A stretch of DNA of 38,864 nucleotides from Actinomycetes bacterium (lineage in GTDB: Bacteria; Actinomycetota; Actinomycetes; Actinomycetales; Cellulomonadaceae), in contig JAEYNO010000149.1 of NCBI GenBank assembly GCA_023412515.1, forward strand, positions 1 to 38,864, written 5' to 3'. The translations under genes were made by a program, and so were the position numbers. Under the pieces are notes generated by a model that had not been told where the DNA came from, did not search any database, and worked only from the letters and a program-made list of their open reading frames with translations. Positions 18,098-26,447 of the stretch are shown here, piece after piece; position 1 is the first letter of the stretch, and each line of letters begins with the position of its first letter.

Positions 18098-18919
18098 CTA
18101 CGGTCGCATGCCATCGGAAGGAGCGGTGGCGCCCGGCGCTGGGGAGAGGAAGTCGACGGGGTCGCATGCCTGCGCAACCGACTCGAGCGAGCTCCCGTAG
18201 AACTCCCTGAACGCTTCTGCGTCGCCGCTCGGATCGGCGAGGGGCAGTGCTGTGGCGTGTTGGCTTACGCCCGAAGCGAGTAGGACTCGGATCGTTCCGC
18301 CTGCATAGATCGCTCCGATCGACCGTCCGCCGACCACCATCGAAGCTCCAGCTGAAAGCTGGGTGGGGAAGCCTCCCTCTACACACATGTGGGGCAGGAT
18401 GGTGTCGTCGCCGTCGGCTGACAGAAGAGATATCGAGAGGATCGTGGCTTCCGATCGTCCAGTGTTTGAGACGACGTATCCGTACTTGTATGGTACACGA
18501 TTCTCACGATATGTCCCATTTTCGAAGCTGATCTCCAGGTGCGTCTCGCCACTCAGTGCCGACGCGCCGTCGACCGCTTGTATGACAGGCCCCTCTTGTC
18601 GCCACTGCTCGTTTGCAGTGTTGAGTGCTTCCCGCCACTGCTCGGTTGAGGTCGCGAGCGACTCACCCCACTGTCGCCTCGATTCCTCGAGCGAGTGCTG
18701 CCATTGCCAGGTCTGAAGTCCGAAGATTGCGGCGACGAGAAGACTGCTCACACCGAACTGCATCCAGGAGCGTCGCGCCTCTCTGCTGGGCGTCGACGCG
18801 GGCTGAGGTCGGTGTCCGCTTTCGTCGTGAAGATCCTTTCGCGGGGCGATGCTCGACGTCCTCGTCGTGGCCTCTCCCTTGCGTGCGCCGCCAAATCGTG
18901 GACCTGGCCTCTTTCCCAC
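18098..18919 (-). CDS. Hypothetical single-pass membrane protein with 11-aa QW repeats
   Basis: AGGAG before GTG 18919; TM segment FGVSSLLVAAIFGL; QWQHSLEESRR/QWGESLATSTE/QWREALNTANE/QW; AT-richer codons. Confidence 0.6.
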   Translation of the reverse strand: MGKRPGPRFGGARKGEATTRTSSIAPRKDLHDESGHRPQPASTPSREARRSWMQFGVSSLLVAAIFGLQTWQWQHSLEESRRQWGESLATSTEQWREALNTANEQWRQEGPVIQAVDGASALSGETHLEISFENGTYRENRVPYKYGYVVSNTGRSEATILSISLLSADGDDTILPHMCVEGGFPTQLSAGASMVVGGRSIGAIYAGGTIRVLLASGVSQHATALPLADPSGDAEAFREFYGSSLESVAQACDPVDFLSPAPGATAPSDGMRP

Positions 18920-19221
18920 GTCGCGCTCCTAGCCTTGTGTGACTCGATGTGTGAGGTATCGGCAAGGCGGTTCCGTTCATTTGGGGCAAAGGTCCCAGGT
19001 TGCGCTGCTGCCGTGGGACATTGGCCGCGGGGCCTAATGATCCGCGTCGATGTACCTGCGGATGCTGACGCAGCGAAGCGGAGAGGACGAGCCGGTGCTG
19101 GAGCGTGCAGGTGGCGTGCGCCGGGGCCGGCTGGATGCTGGTCGAGAGGGGGCTCTCCGACCTGGCTGGCATCGGACGTGCCGACGAGAACGGTGAGGGG
19201 GATCAGCGTGTGGCCCGCCCG

Positions 19222-19700
19222 TCAGCCGGGCTGCGTGCCGAAGCCGCCCTCGCCCCACGCCGCCTCGACGCGCGCGGTGTCGTCGAGTGCGACCTCGGTG
19301 CAGCCTCGTGTCGTCGTCGTCGTGGCCGGTCCGGTGTTCGACGGGATGGCCCAGCAGAGCAGCTGTGTGCCCGTCAGGTCGGCGGGCAGGTCGAACCGGC
19401 CTGACCGCACGGGCTGCCACGTGCCGCCGAGCGCGGTGACGGCGTCGGGGGCGACGGGTCCCGGAGGTGGTCGAGCGCGTCGCTCGGGCGGGCGTGCAGG
19501 AGCGTCCAGCTCGCGTCGTCGTCGGCGGGGAGGGTGAGGACCCAGCCCTCGTCGATGGGTGTGTCGGCCAGGCCCGTGTCGTCGACGCTGCGCAGGGTTC
19601 CGCCGGGGGTGGCGGAGGCGCAGCCGGTGAGGGCCGGGAGGAAGGCGAGCGTGCTGACCACGACGGCGAGTGCCGGGCCGGAGCGACGGGTGCGGGGCGT
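19222..19700 (-). pseudogene. Lipoprotein pseudogene (ACG start, internal frameshift)
   Basis: AGGAAGGAG RBS followed by ACG at 19700; signal peptide with lipobox LTGC; coding-like frame switches near 19460 and ends at 19222. Confidence 0.55.
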
Positions 19701-20004
19701 GGGCTCCTTCCTGGTGGGACGTCGGTGGTGGTCGTCAGGGAGCCGGACCGCAGCGGGTGCGGGACGTGCTCCAGCAAGCCGACTCCACGGAGCTCGGGAC
19801 GTACCAGGCCCTCGGAAGCCGGGTCGGTTCACGAGGGTGACGTCCGAAGACGCCGTGCCGTAGCCGATCGTCACGAGGTGCAGCACCCTCATCGACTCCG
19901 CGCCGTCTGTCACGAGCACCTCGCCTGTCGCGTCGTCGGAGTACAGCGCGAGCGCGGCGCGCAGGTCGCCGAAGCTGATCCGACGTCTGCCCATGACTTC
20001 ATCA

Positions 20005-20052
20005 TGGCTGGACGTTCTCTGAGCCGTATGGCCGGGACGTCTCTGAGCCGTA
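20005..20052 (+). repeat. 24-bp imperfect tandem repeat x2
   Basis: TGGCTGGACGTTCTCTGAGCCGTA / TGGCCGGGACGTCTCTGAGCCGTA. Confidence 0.8.
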
Positions 20053-20141
20053 TGGGTGGTCCAGTGCGGGATCGGCCTGTGGGCGCGTCGCAACCCGCTA
20101 CGGTTCAGCGCGTCCGTTAGGTCCGAAATGCAGGGGGCAGG

Positions 20142-22604
20142 GTGTCGGCGACCGCCGTCGAGGATCCGGTGGGCGCGGCGCCGCCGCGTGAGTGGTGGCA
20201 GGTCTGGGCGCAGCGTCGCGCGCAGTGGTGGTCGGCGCGTCCGGTGCTGGCGGCGCGGTGGGCGCGCGTGCGTGCGGTCGGGTTGTGGGTCGCGTTGGTC
20301 TGGGTGCTGGGGCTGGTGGTGTTCGTGCCCGAGCTGCGGCTCGGGGTGCGCGCGTACCTGGGGTGCGTGTGGGTCGTGGTCGCCTGGTACTTCCTGGGGC
20401 GCACGAAGACGTTGACGTGGGCGGGGTACCTGCGGTTCTTCTCGGCGTGCCTGGGGTGGTCGGTCGCGATCGGGTTCGTCTCGATGTGGCTCGCCGAGCG
20501 GGTGCTCGATCTGTGGGTCATCCAGGACGGGCCGGCGGTGATGATCGCGTCGGGCACCGAGGAGACGTTGAAGTTGCTGCCCTTGGCGGTGGTGGCGCTG
20601 CTGGCTCCGCGGCGTGCGGGGCGGTTCGCCGTCGTGGACTGGTTGCTCCTGGGGTTGGCGTCCGGCACGGCGTTCCTGCTGGTCGAGGAGTCGCTGCGAC
20701 GGGTGGCGCTGTCGACAGGCAAGGCCGGCATCTTCATGGGCGTCTCGACGTCGCGGGTGCCTGACGAGTTCGTGCAGTTCGGCGGGCGGTTGCTTCCCGG
20801 GCCCTTGGTGAGCGACGTCGAGGGGTGGGGCGGGCACGGCGTCGTCACCGCGATCGTCGCGGCCTGGGTGGGGCTGGCGATCGTCGCGGTGCGCGCGGTG
20901 CGGGGGCGTGGCGGCTGGGCGGTGCGGGGTGTGCGGTTCGCGGCGGTCGCGCTGCCGGTGCTGGCGTTGCTCGTGACGATCGCCGACCACGCGGCGACGA
21001 ACGGCGGCAACTCGTCGGTCAGGACCGAGGACGGGACGCCAAAGTGGCTCGATCCGGGCACGACCAACGTGCCGTGGTGGATCCGCGTGGCGTGGTCGCT
21101 GTTCGGTCACGGTCACGGCCGTCCGGCGGTCCTGGTGGTCGTGCTGGTCGCGGCGCTCGTCGTCGACGGCGGTCGCCTGGCGCGCGTCCCCGGGGCCGGG
21201 CTCCTGGTTGGGGCGCCGCCCGCCTGGGTGCACGCGCCCGCCGCATGGCTACGTGGTGCCGCCTCGGCGTGGCCGGGGGTCGTGCGCGCTTCGGCGGTGG
21301 CAGTGGCACGGCATGCGACAGGTGCCGTGTGGGTGGTCGGTCGTGACCTGCACCTGGCTGCTGTGGCCTTCATCCCTGCACCAGGGCAGTCCCGCAGGGC
21401 CGCCGCGATCCAGGGCGCGACCGCTCTGTCCGCCCAGCGCGCGGCCCGCGAGCTGGGTTACGAGTCGCTGGCCCACCCGTTCAACCCTCGTCGGTACCGG
21501 CTCGGCGCCGGGATCGCGTCCGCGGGCCTGCTGACCGGCGCACTGGTGCTGGCACCGCTCGCCGCTTCCCGGCTGGACAGGGTCTACGAACGGATGTTCT
21601 GGCTGGCCGGCGTGCTGCAACGAGTCGGGAACTGGTGGCACGACCAGCCCTTGGCGACCCAGATCCTCATCGGCCTAGGCGTCGCCGCCCTGGTCACCTT
21701 GTCCGGCGGGTCACTCGCGCTCGCGTTCGGGATCTCCGGTGTCCTGACGTGGGGCCTGGACAAGTCCCACGGCATCGCGACCTGGGTACGGGACCCGCAG
21801 CAGGCGACCCGCGACTACCTCCTGACCGCCACCCCTGCCCAGATCGCCGCCGACACCCTCGGCGTCGCGCTCACCTTCGCACCAGCGAACTTCGCCGGCG
21901 CCGCGATCGGACGCGGCGTCCGCACCGTCGCCAAGGACGTCGCCGACGACCCCGCCGCCTGGCTCGCACGACAGCGCGCACTCATCCGCGAGGCACCCGA
22001 TGCGGGCGAGGTGCAGATCGCCACGCTCGTCGGGCACGGTGGCATCGACGATGCGGCCGAGGCAGCCCGGGCAGCGATCTCCCGTGTATTCAGCTCTTTC
22101 CCTCATGGGGCCGACGATGTGGTGAAAGCGGCCTGGTACAGGAGAGCGGCCACCGCGGAGGGCTTGCCGCCACACATGCGCCAAGTGATGAACGGAAAGG
22201 CGTTTCATCATGAGGTCTACGGACACTTTGAGGCCCGAGAGGTCACCATTCACCGGATCGACGAGGCGAGCGGAGGGGTGGAGCGCGCCTTCCGTGTCGA
22301 CGCACTGAGCCAACGAGAGGTGGTCTCGCTCAAAGAGACTCAGCTGACTGAGGTACAGGCTTCAACGGTCGAGAGATACATCGACGAGATCGTCAACAAG
22401 TACAACCCCCGTCGGCCCGAGCTCGTCGTTGCTGCCACGGCGGGAAATGAGGCAAAGCTCGGTACCGCGGCACTCGGTCGACCGCTACGTGGACGCATGA
22501 CACTGGGTGTCCCGATCCAACACACTCGGATCCCCCAAGGGTTGGTCGACTATGCTCGGGCGGCCGGCGTGCGCATCAAGCAGTTGGCGCCCTATGGGCG
22601 GTAG
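20142..22604 (+). CDS. PrsW-family intramembrane metallopeptidase fused to a C-terminal putative nuclease toxin (polymorphic toxin)
   Basis: PrsW motifs EETLK, F..VEE, GH, DHAATN in a multi-TM N-terminus; second hydrophobic block; soluble tip NGKAF...EAREV...RVD...EVVSLKETQL...KY...LGVPIQ. Confidence 0.8.
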   Translation: MSATAVEDPVGAAPPREWWQVWAQRRAQWWSARPVLAARWARVRAVGLWVALVWVLGLVVFVPELRLGVRAYLGCVWVVVAWYFLGRTKTLTWAGYLRFFSACLGWSVAIGFVSMWLAERVLDLWVIQDGPAVMIASGTEETLKLLPLAVVALLAPRRAGRFAVVDWLLLGLASGTAFLLVEESLRRVALSTGKAGIFMGVSTSRVPDEFVQFGGRLLPGPLVSDVEGWGGHGVVTAIVAAWVGLAIVAVRAVRGRGGWAVRGVRFAAVALPVLALLVTIADHAATNGGNSSVRTEDGTPKWLDPGTTNVPWWIRVAWSLFGHGHGRPAVLVVVLVAALVVDGGRLARVPGAGLLVGAPPAWVHAPAAWLRGAASAWPGVVRASAVAVARHATGAVWVVGRDLHLAAVAFIPAPGQSRRAAAIQGATALSAQRAARELGYESLAHPFNPRRYRLGAGIASAGLLTGALVLAPLAASRLDRVYERMFWLAGVLQRVGNWWHDQPLATQILIGLGVAALVTLSGGSLALAFGISGVLTWGLDKSHGIATWVRDPQQATRDYLLTATPAQIAADTLGVALTFAPANFAGAAIGRGVRTVAKDVADDPAAWLARQRALIREAPDAGEVQIATLVGHGGIDDAAEAARAAISRVFSSFPHGADDVVKAAWYRRAATAEGLPPHMRQVMNGKAFHHEVYGHFEAREVTIHRIDEASGGVERAFRVDALSQREVVSLKETQLTEVQASTVERYIDEIVNKYNPRRPELVVAATAGNEAKLGTAALGRPLRGRMTLGVPIQHTRIPQGLVDYARAAGVRIKQLAPYGR

Positions 22605-22615
22605 GGAGGAGTGGC

Positions 22616-23131
22616 GTGACGCAGGATGTGCTGTACACCTCGCGGTGGAATGATCTGACCCGGCAGCCGGCGCGCGGCCACTCCTGGCTGACCGAGGACG
22701 AGGCCCGGCGCAGGTACGAGTCCTCGCAGGGTGTGGAGATCGTCGACGCGACGCTCCGGGACGCCGACGGGACGCCGCGGCCACGGTGGGTCATCGGTGC
22801 CTACGGGCGTGTTCGGGTGCAGTTCTTCACCCCGGCTGGTTCGGTATGGCGCGAGGTCGACTACGACCTGATCGACGGGCGGCTGTGGCGGTGGGTCACG
22901 GTGGACTACACCTACGCCGACGACGGTCAGCACGACCAACCCGACGCGGTCCTTACGGTTGAAGTGTCCACCCGCCCGGACGGCACCGGAACGATGTCGA
23001 TCGACGACACGGCTGCCGGTGAACGGTCGGTCTCGCAGTTCACCGACGTCCCGACCGACGGCGGGTGGCTCGACGTCCCACGGTTCGGGGACTGGAAGCA
23101 GCTGGCGGACCCTGGCTCTGGTGCGTCGTAG
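22616..23131 (+). CDS. Putative cognate immunity protein
   Basis: GGAGGAG RBS; starts 11 nt after the toxin stop; small acidic protein with Y...W....P....LTEDEARRRYE N-terminus. Confidence 0.7.
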   Translation: MTQDVLYTSRWNDLTRQPARGHSWLTEDEARRRYESSQGVEIVDATLRDADGTPRPRWVIGAYGRVRVQFFTPAGSVWREVDYDLIDGRLWRWVTVDYTYADDGQHDQPDAVLTVEVSTRPDGTGTMSIDDTAAGERSVSQFTDVPTDGGWLDVPRFGDWKQLADPGSGAS

Positions 23132-23812
23132 CGCCTCGGGTGGTCCGGTCCTGACTCCTCGGGTCAGGCACGAACAGCTACGTCCCACTCCGCCCGTGAG
23201 AGGGCCGTGGTGCGGTCAGATTCATCGCGAGGTCCTCCCCGGCCGCGACTCCGGTGGGTAAGGAGAGGGCTGCGCAGTTGATGGCGCTGGCCTGGACTTC
23301 GACAACTGCGTGGCCCAGCCGGCTGCAAAGCGTCGCGAGCACGTTGGGAGCCGGGCGCGAGGGCCGGCTCTGCCTCCTGGACCATCTCGTTGACGGCGCC
23401 GAGACCTCAGTCTCGGCATGGACCGCAAACCGCGTGATCATCGACACGCTCGCCGGCCAGCAGCTGCTCATGATCGGCCACACCCTGGCCCGCAACGCCA
23501 TCGTCGCTGCGACCGCCGCCGCGCACGCCGCGCTCGGGCCACCCGCCGTTGCGCGCGCCGCCCGACAGCACGGCCGCAAGCCCATGCAGCCCACACTGCT
23601 CCACGTCCCGGGAGCCACCTCGCGCCTCGCACGGCGCTCGGCCGCGCGACGAGCGCGCTCACGCATGCCCACCGCCGCTCGCGGTACTCTCGACACCACC
23701 GCGCAGGCCCGCACCCCAGGCCGAGCGGAGTGACGGGACGACCCAGACACCCGACTCAGGCCCAGCCTCAACACCGGCTAGGAAGTCTGACCAGGTATCT
23801 GAACAGTCCCAC

Positions 23813-23885
23813 GCGCCTGTAGCTCAGGGGATAGAGCACCGCTCTCCTAAAGCGGGTGTCGGCAGTTCGAATCTGCCCAGGCGCA
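23813..23885 (+). tRNA. tRNA-Arg(CCT), CCA not encoded
   Basis: Acceptor GCGCCTG/CAGGCGC; D arm GCTC/GAGC; anticodon arm CCGCT-CTCCTAA-AGCGG; T arm GGCAG-TTCGAAT-CTGCC. Confidence 0.97.
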
Positions 23886-23973
23886 CACCGGTATCACCGC
23901 AGGTCAGGCGCCATTTCCTGCTGTAGCAGATCTGTAGCACACCGACGCGGGAGGCATCGTCGGATGCTGTCGA

Positions 23974-24270
23974 ATGCGCGCCCGTGACCAGGGCTTACAG
24001 CCACATCCAGTGACGCGTAGCCCCCAGGGAGCCCCCAGGGAGCCCCCAGAGATGGCACCTTGACCGCACCTCCGACCAGGTCCGCGCCGCTGCGGCCGCG
24101 ATGGACCGTGCCCGCGCCGCCGGGCTACCCGACGACGTCCTGCTGATCATGCTCGCGGCGCGCGAGGCGTTCTGGGGCGAGGCGCCCTGGCCCAGCCGTG
24201 CCGACCTCAGCCGGGTCCTCGCCGAGCCCGCGGCGCAGATCGTCGACGACGACATCGTCGCGGAACTCCT
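23974..24270 (+). pseudogene. Small att-linked ORF, copy 1 (frameshifted by the 11-bp repeat)
   Basis: MRARDQGLQPHPVTRSPQ-[22 extra bp]-RWHLDRTSDQVRAAAAAMDRARAAGLPDDVLLIMLAAREAFWG; homologous to 26186-26450. Confidence 0.6.
24019..24051 (+). repeat. 11-bp tandem repeat x3
   Basis: AGCCCCCAGGG AGCCCCCAGGG AGCCCCCAGAG. Confidence 0.9.
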
Positions 24271-24376
24271 TGGGATAGGGCCTGGGCACGGTACACATCC
24301 TTCCAGCGGCGCCTGCGGCGCCACAGGGGGTGTCACCTACTCGTGCAGCAGGCCCGCTGGCGATAACATGACGTGC

Positions 24377-25834
24377 GTGGCGCCGACACGGATCGACGTC
24401 TTCAAGATCACCGGTGTACCGACCTACACGTTCGTCCGACCATCGGAGTACAACCGGCTGCAGGTCGCTCTCCGGACTCCGGGACGGGGGGTGGTCGTCG
24501 AAGGGCCGTCGGGCATCGGCAAGTCGACCGCAGTGACGCGCGCACTTCAAGACATCGGGATCGACCCAGACGTCACGAAGTTGAGCGCACGTGTTCCTGC
24601 CGACGTCGAGTACATCGAGATGCTCGGCGAGCTGGGTGGGTTCGGCACCGTCGTGATCGACGATTTTCACCGACTAGAAGCAGCGACCCGCGAGAAAATC
24701 GCGGACATACTCAAGGTGGCTGCGGACGCCGAGGATCCCGATCGAAAGCTGATTATCATCGGCATCAACGAGGCCGGCTCGGGCCTGATCGAATACGCAC
24801 CCGACTTAACCAATCGGATTGACGTAATTCGATTCGAGGCGGAGCCGACTGGTAAGATTGAGGAGTTGCTCGCCGCTGGGGAGCAGGCGGCAAATATCGA
24901 CCTCGACGCCCGCGCGCTCATTATTCAGCGAGCCGGCGGGAGTTTCTATATCGCACAACTGCTGTGTCTTGAAGCCTGCGTGCAGGCAGGCGTCTTGGTC
25001 GCCGCCGAGGACCGGGAAACCGTCTCCACCTCCTACGCGGCCGTCCAGCGGCGGGTCGTGGAGCGGCAGCGCGACAGGTTCGGTGGTGCGCTTCGCAGCT
25101 TCGCCCGCGGCACCAAGTTCAGGCCCGGCGGCCGGGCCCCCTACCTGCACATCCTCCGTTGGCTCGCCGAGTCGGACGCCTGGAGCATCTCCATAGCTGA
25201 GGAGATGCGACGGCACCCTAGCGAGAAGGCGAGCGTTGGCGTTGTGCTCGATCGCGGATATCTTGCGGCGCTCGTGGAGCAGCCCGAGATCGCGAAGTTA
25301 ATGCATTTCTCGGACGCAGGAACCCTCTCGGCAGAAGATCCTATGCTGGTGTTTTATCTGCGCGCGGTCAACTGGGGCGAGTTTGTCCGCGAGATCGGCT
25401 TCACGAAAGTCGACTACGACGAGGCGTATGATGTGGCACTCTCGTTCGCTGGCGAGGACCGCGCTTATGCCGAGCACCTCAGGGACGCGCTCGAGGACGC
25501 TGGCCACGCCGTCTTCTATGATCAGACCGAGCAGCACTTGATCCTCGGAGAAGACGTAGAGGGTTACCTTGGTCCGATCTATGCCTCCGGCAGTCGATAT
25601 GTCGTTGCGGTGCTCGGCGAGATGTATGGACATAAGCGCTGGACCCTCTTCGAAGCGGAGAGGTATCGCGACCGAATCGAGCGGGGGCAGGTGATTCCCA
25701 TCTGGTCGAAGAAGGTGCCGCCGACCCCGTTCGACGAGGCGCGGCGGCGGGGGAGTCTGGACTTCGATCCCGACGGTGACCTCCTCGCGCAGGCTCGCGA
25801 GCACGCCGCCACGATCTCGAAGAAGCTCGGGTAG
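24377..25834 (+). CDS. STAND-like P-loop ATPase with C-terminal TIR domain (candidate anti-phage protein)
   Basis: Walker A GPSGIGKS, Walker B VVIDDFH, GGSFYIAQLLC helical motif; TIR YDVALSFAGEDR...VFYD...WTLFE; start GTG 24377 or ATG 24368; frame open from 24101. Confidence 0.85.
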   Translation: MAPTRIDVFKITGVPTYTFVRPSEYNRLQVALRTPGRGVVVEGPSGIGKSTAVTRALQDIGIDPDVTKLSARVPADVEYIEMLGELGGFGTVVIDDFHRLEAATREKIADILKVAADAEDPDRKLIIIGINEAGSGLIEYAPDLTNRIDVIRFEAEPTGKIEELLAAGEQAANIDLDARALIIQRAGGSFYIAQLLCLEACVQAGVLVAAEDRETVSTSYAAVQRRVVERQRDRFGGALRSFARGTKFRPGGRAPYLHILRWLAESDAWSISIAEEMRRHPSEKASVGVVLDRGYLAALVEQPEIAKLMHFSDAGTLSAEDPMLVFYLRAVNWGEFVREIGFTKVDYDEAYDVALSFAGEDRAYAEHLRDALEDAGHAVFYDQTEQHLILGEDVEGYLGPIYASGSRYVVAVLGEMYGHKRWTLFEAERYRDRIERGQVIPIWSKKVPPTPFDEARRRGSLDFDPDGDLLAQAREHAATISKKLG

Positions 25835-26055
25835 CGCTGACGGGACGAGGCGGCGGTCCGGAAGGTGCGCGCGCACAGGGCCAATCCGCCGCCGTCTGGG
25901 CTGGGCGACGGGCTCCGCAGCCCAGGCTTGTCTTGAGACCGACGAGTCGCGTGGTCAGCGTGTGGTCAGCGAGCACCCCGGAACGGGGTCACTGCGCGAA
26001 CTAGCCGCATGCATTCTGCAGGTAACAGCGTTGTAATCCACAGACCAAGATGAGT

Positions 26056-26095
26056 TCCTATAGCGGGTGTGGGCAGTTTGAGTCTGCCCAGGCAC
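26056..26095 (+). repeat. Degenerate copy of the tRNA-Arg 3' half (attR-like)
   Basis: TCCTATAGCGGGTGTGGGCAGTTTGAGTCTGCCCAGGCAC vs TCCTAAAGCGGGTGTCGGCAGTTCGAATCTGCCCAGGCGC. Confidence 0.9.
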
Positions 26096-26185
26096 GCGAA
26101 GCACTACCACAGGTCAGGTCGCTCCCCCTCGTGCAGCAGATCGTGTAACCGACCCCCGCTGGGGCTGAGCGGTCTTCCCGTGTAC

Positions 26186-26447
26186 ATGCCCGCCCGCAAC
26201 CAGCGCCCGCTGCCGCGACCAACGACGCGTACCTCGCAGCGAGATTCTGAGGACGGCTCCGACCGGGCCCGGGCCGCGTCGCAGCGATGGACCGCGCCCA
26301 TGCCGCCGGCCTCCCCGATGACGTCCTGCCGACCATGCTCGCGGTGCGCGAGGCGTTCTGGGGCGTGGCCACGTGGCCAGCCCAACCGAGCTCGGACAGG
26401 TCGTTGCCGACCCCGCGGCACAGATCGTCGACGAAGTGCTGTGGTGA
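26186..26447 (+). pseudogene. Small att-linked ORF, copy 2 (frameshifted)
   Basis: MPARNQRPLPRPTTRTSQRDSEDGSDRARAA/(shift)/AMDRAHAAGLPDDVLPTMLAVREAFWG...DPAAQIVDE. Confidence 0.6.

Larger units (their letters stand above)
23845..26095 (+). mobile_element. Integrase-less ~2.2-kb island between the tRNA-Arg 3' half and its degenerate direct repeat
   Basis: 40-bp direct repeats 23845-23884 and 26056-26095 (35/40 identical); short direct-repeat pairs near both ends; single cargo gene. Confidence 0.75.

Noticed and set aside
19374..21233. 619-aa minus-strand ORF
   Set aside because: Mostly antisense to the PrsW toxin; only its distal part overlaps real gene remnants
23254..23733. 159-aa ORF between the immunity gene and the tRNA, possible orphan toxin or immunity fragment
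   Set aside because: No recognisable motif and a low-complexity tail; may be a decayed gene but cannot be assigned
16097..23885. Functional linkage of rnz with the CCA-less tRNA
   Set aside because: They are 6.8 kb apart with unrelated genes in between; RNase Z acts genome-wide
20005..24051. Short repeats as a possible CRISPR array
   Set aside because: Only 2-3 abutting units, no spacers and no cas genes
23974..24270. Att-linked small ORF as an integrase C-terminal remnant
   Set aside because: No H-x-x-R, LGH or catalytic Tyr motif visible, and it has its own aligned ATG in both copies
26041..26100. Possible second tRNA gene
   Set aside because: 5' half absent and T-loop mutated (TTTGAGT); treated as an att repeat
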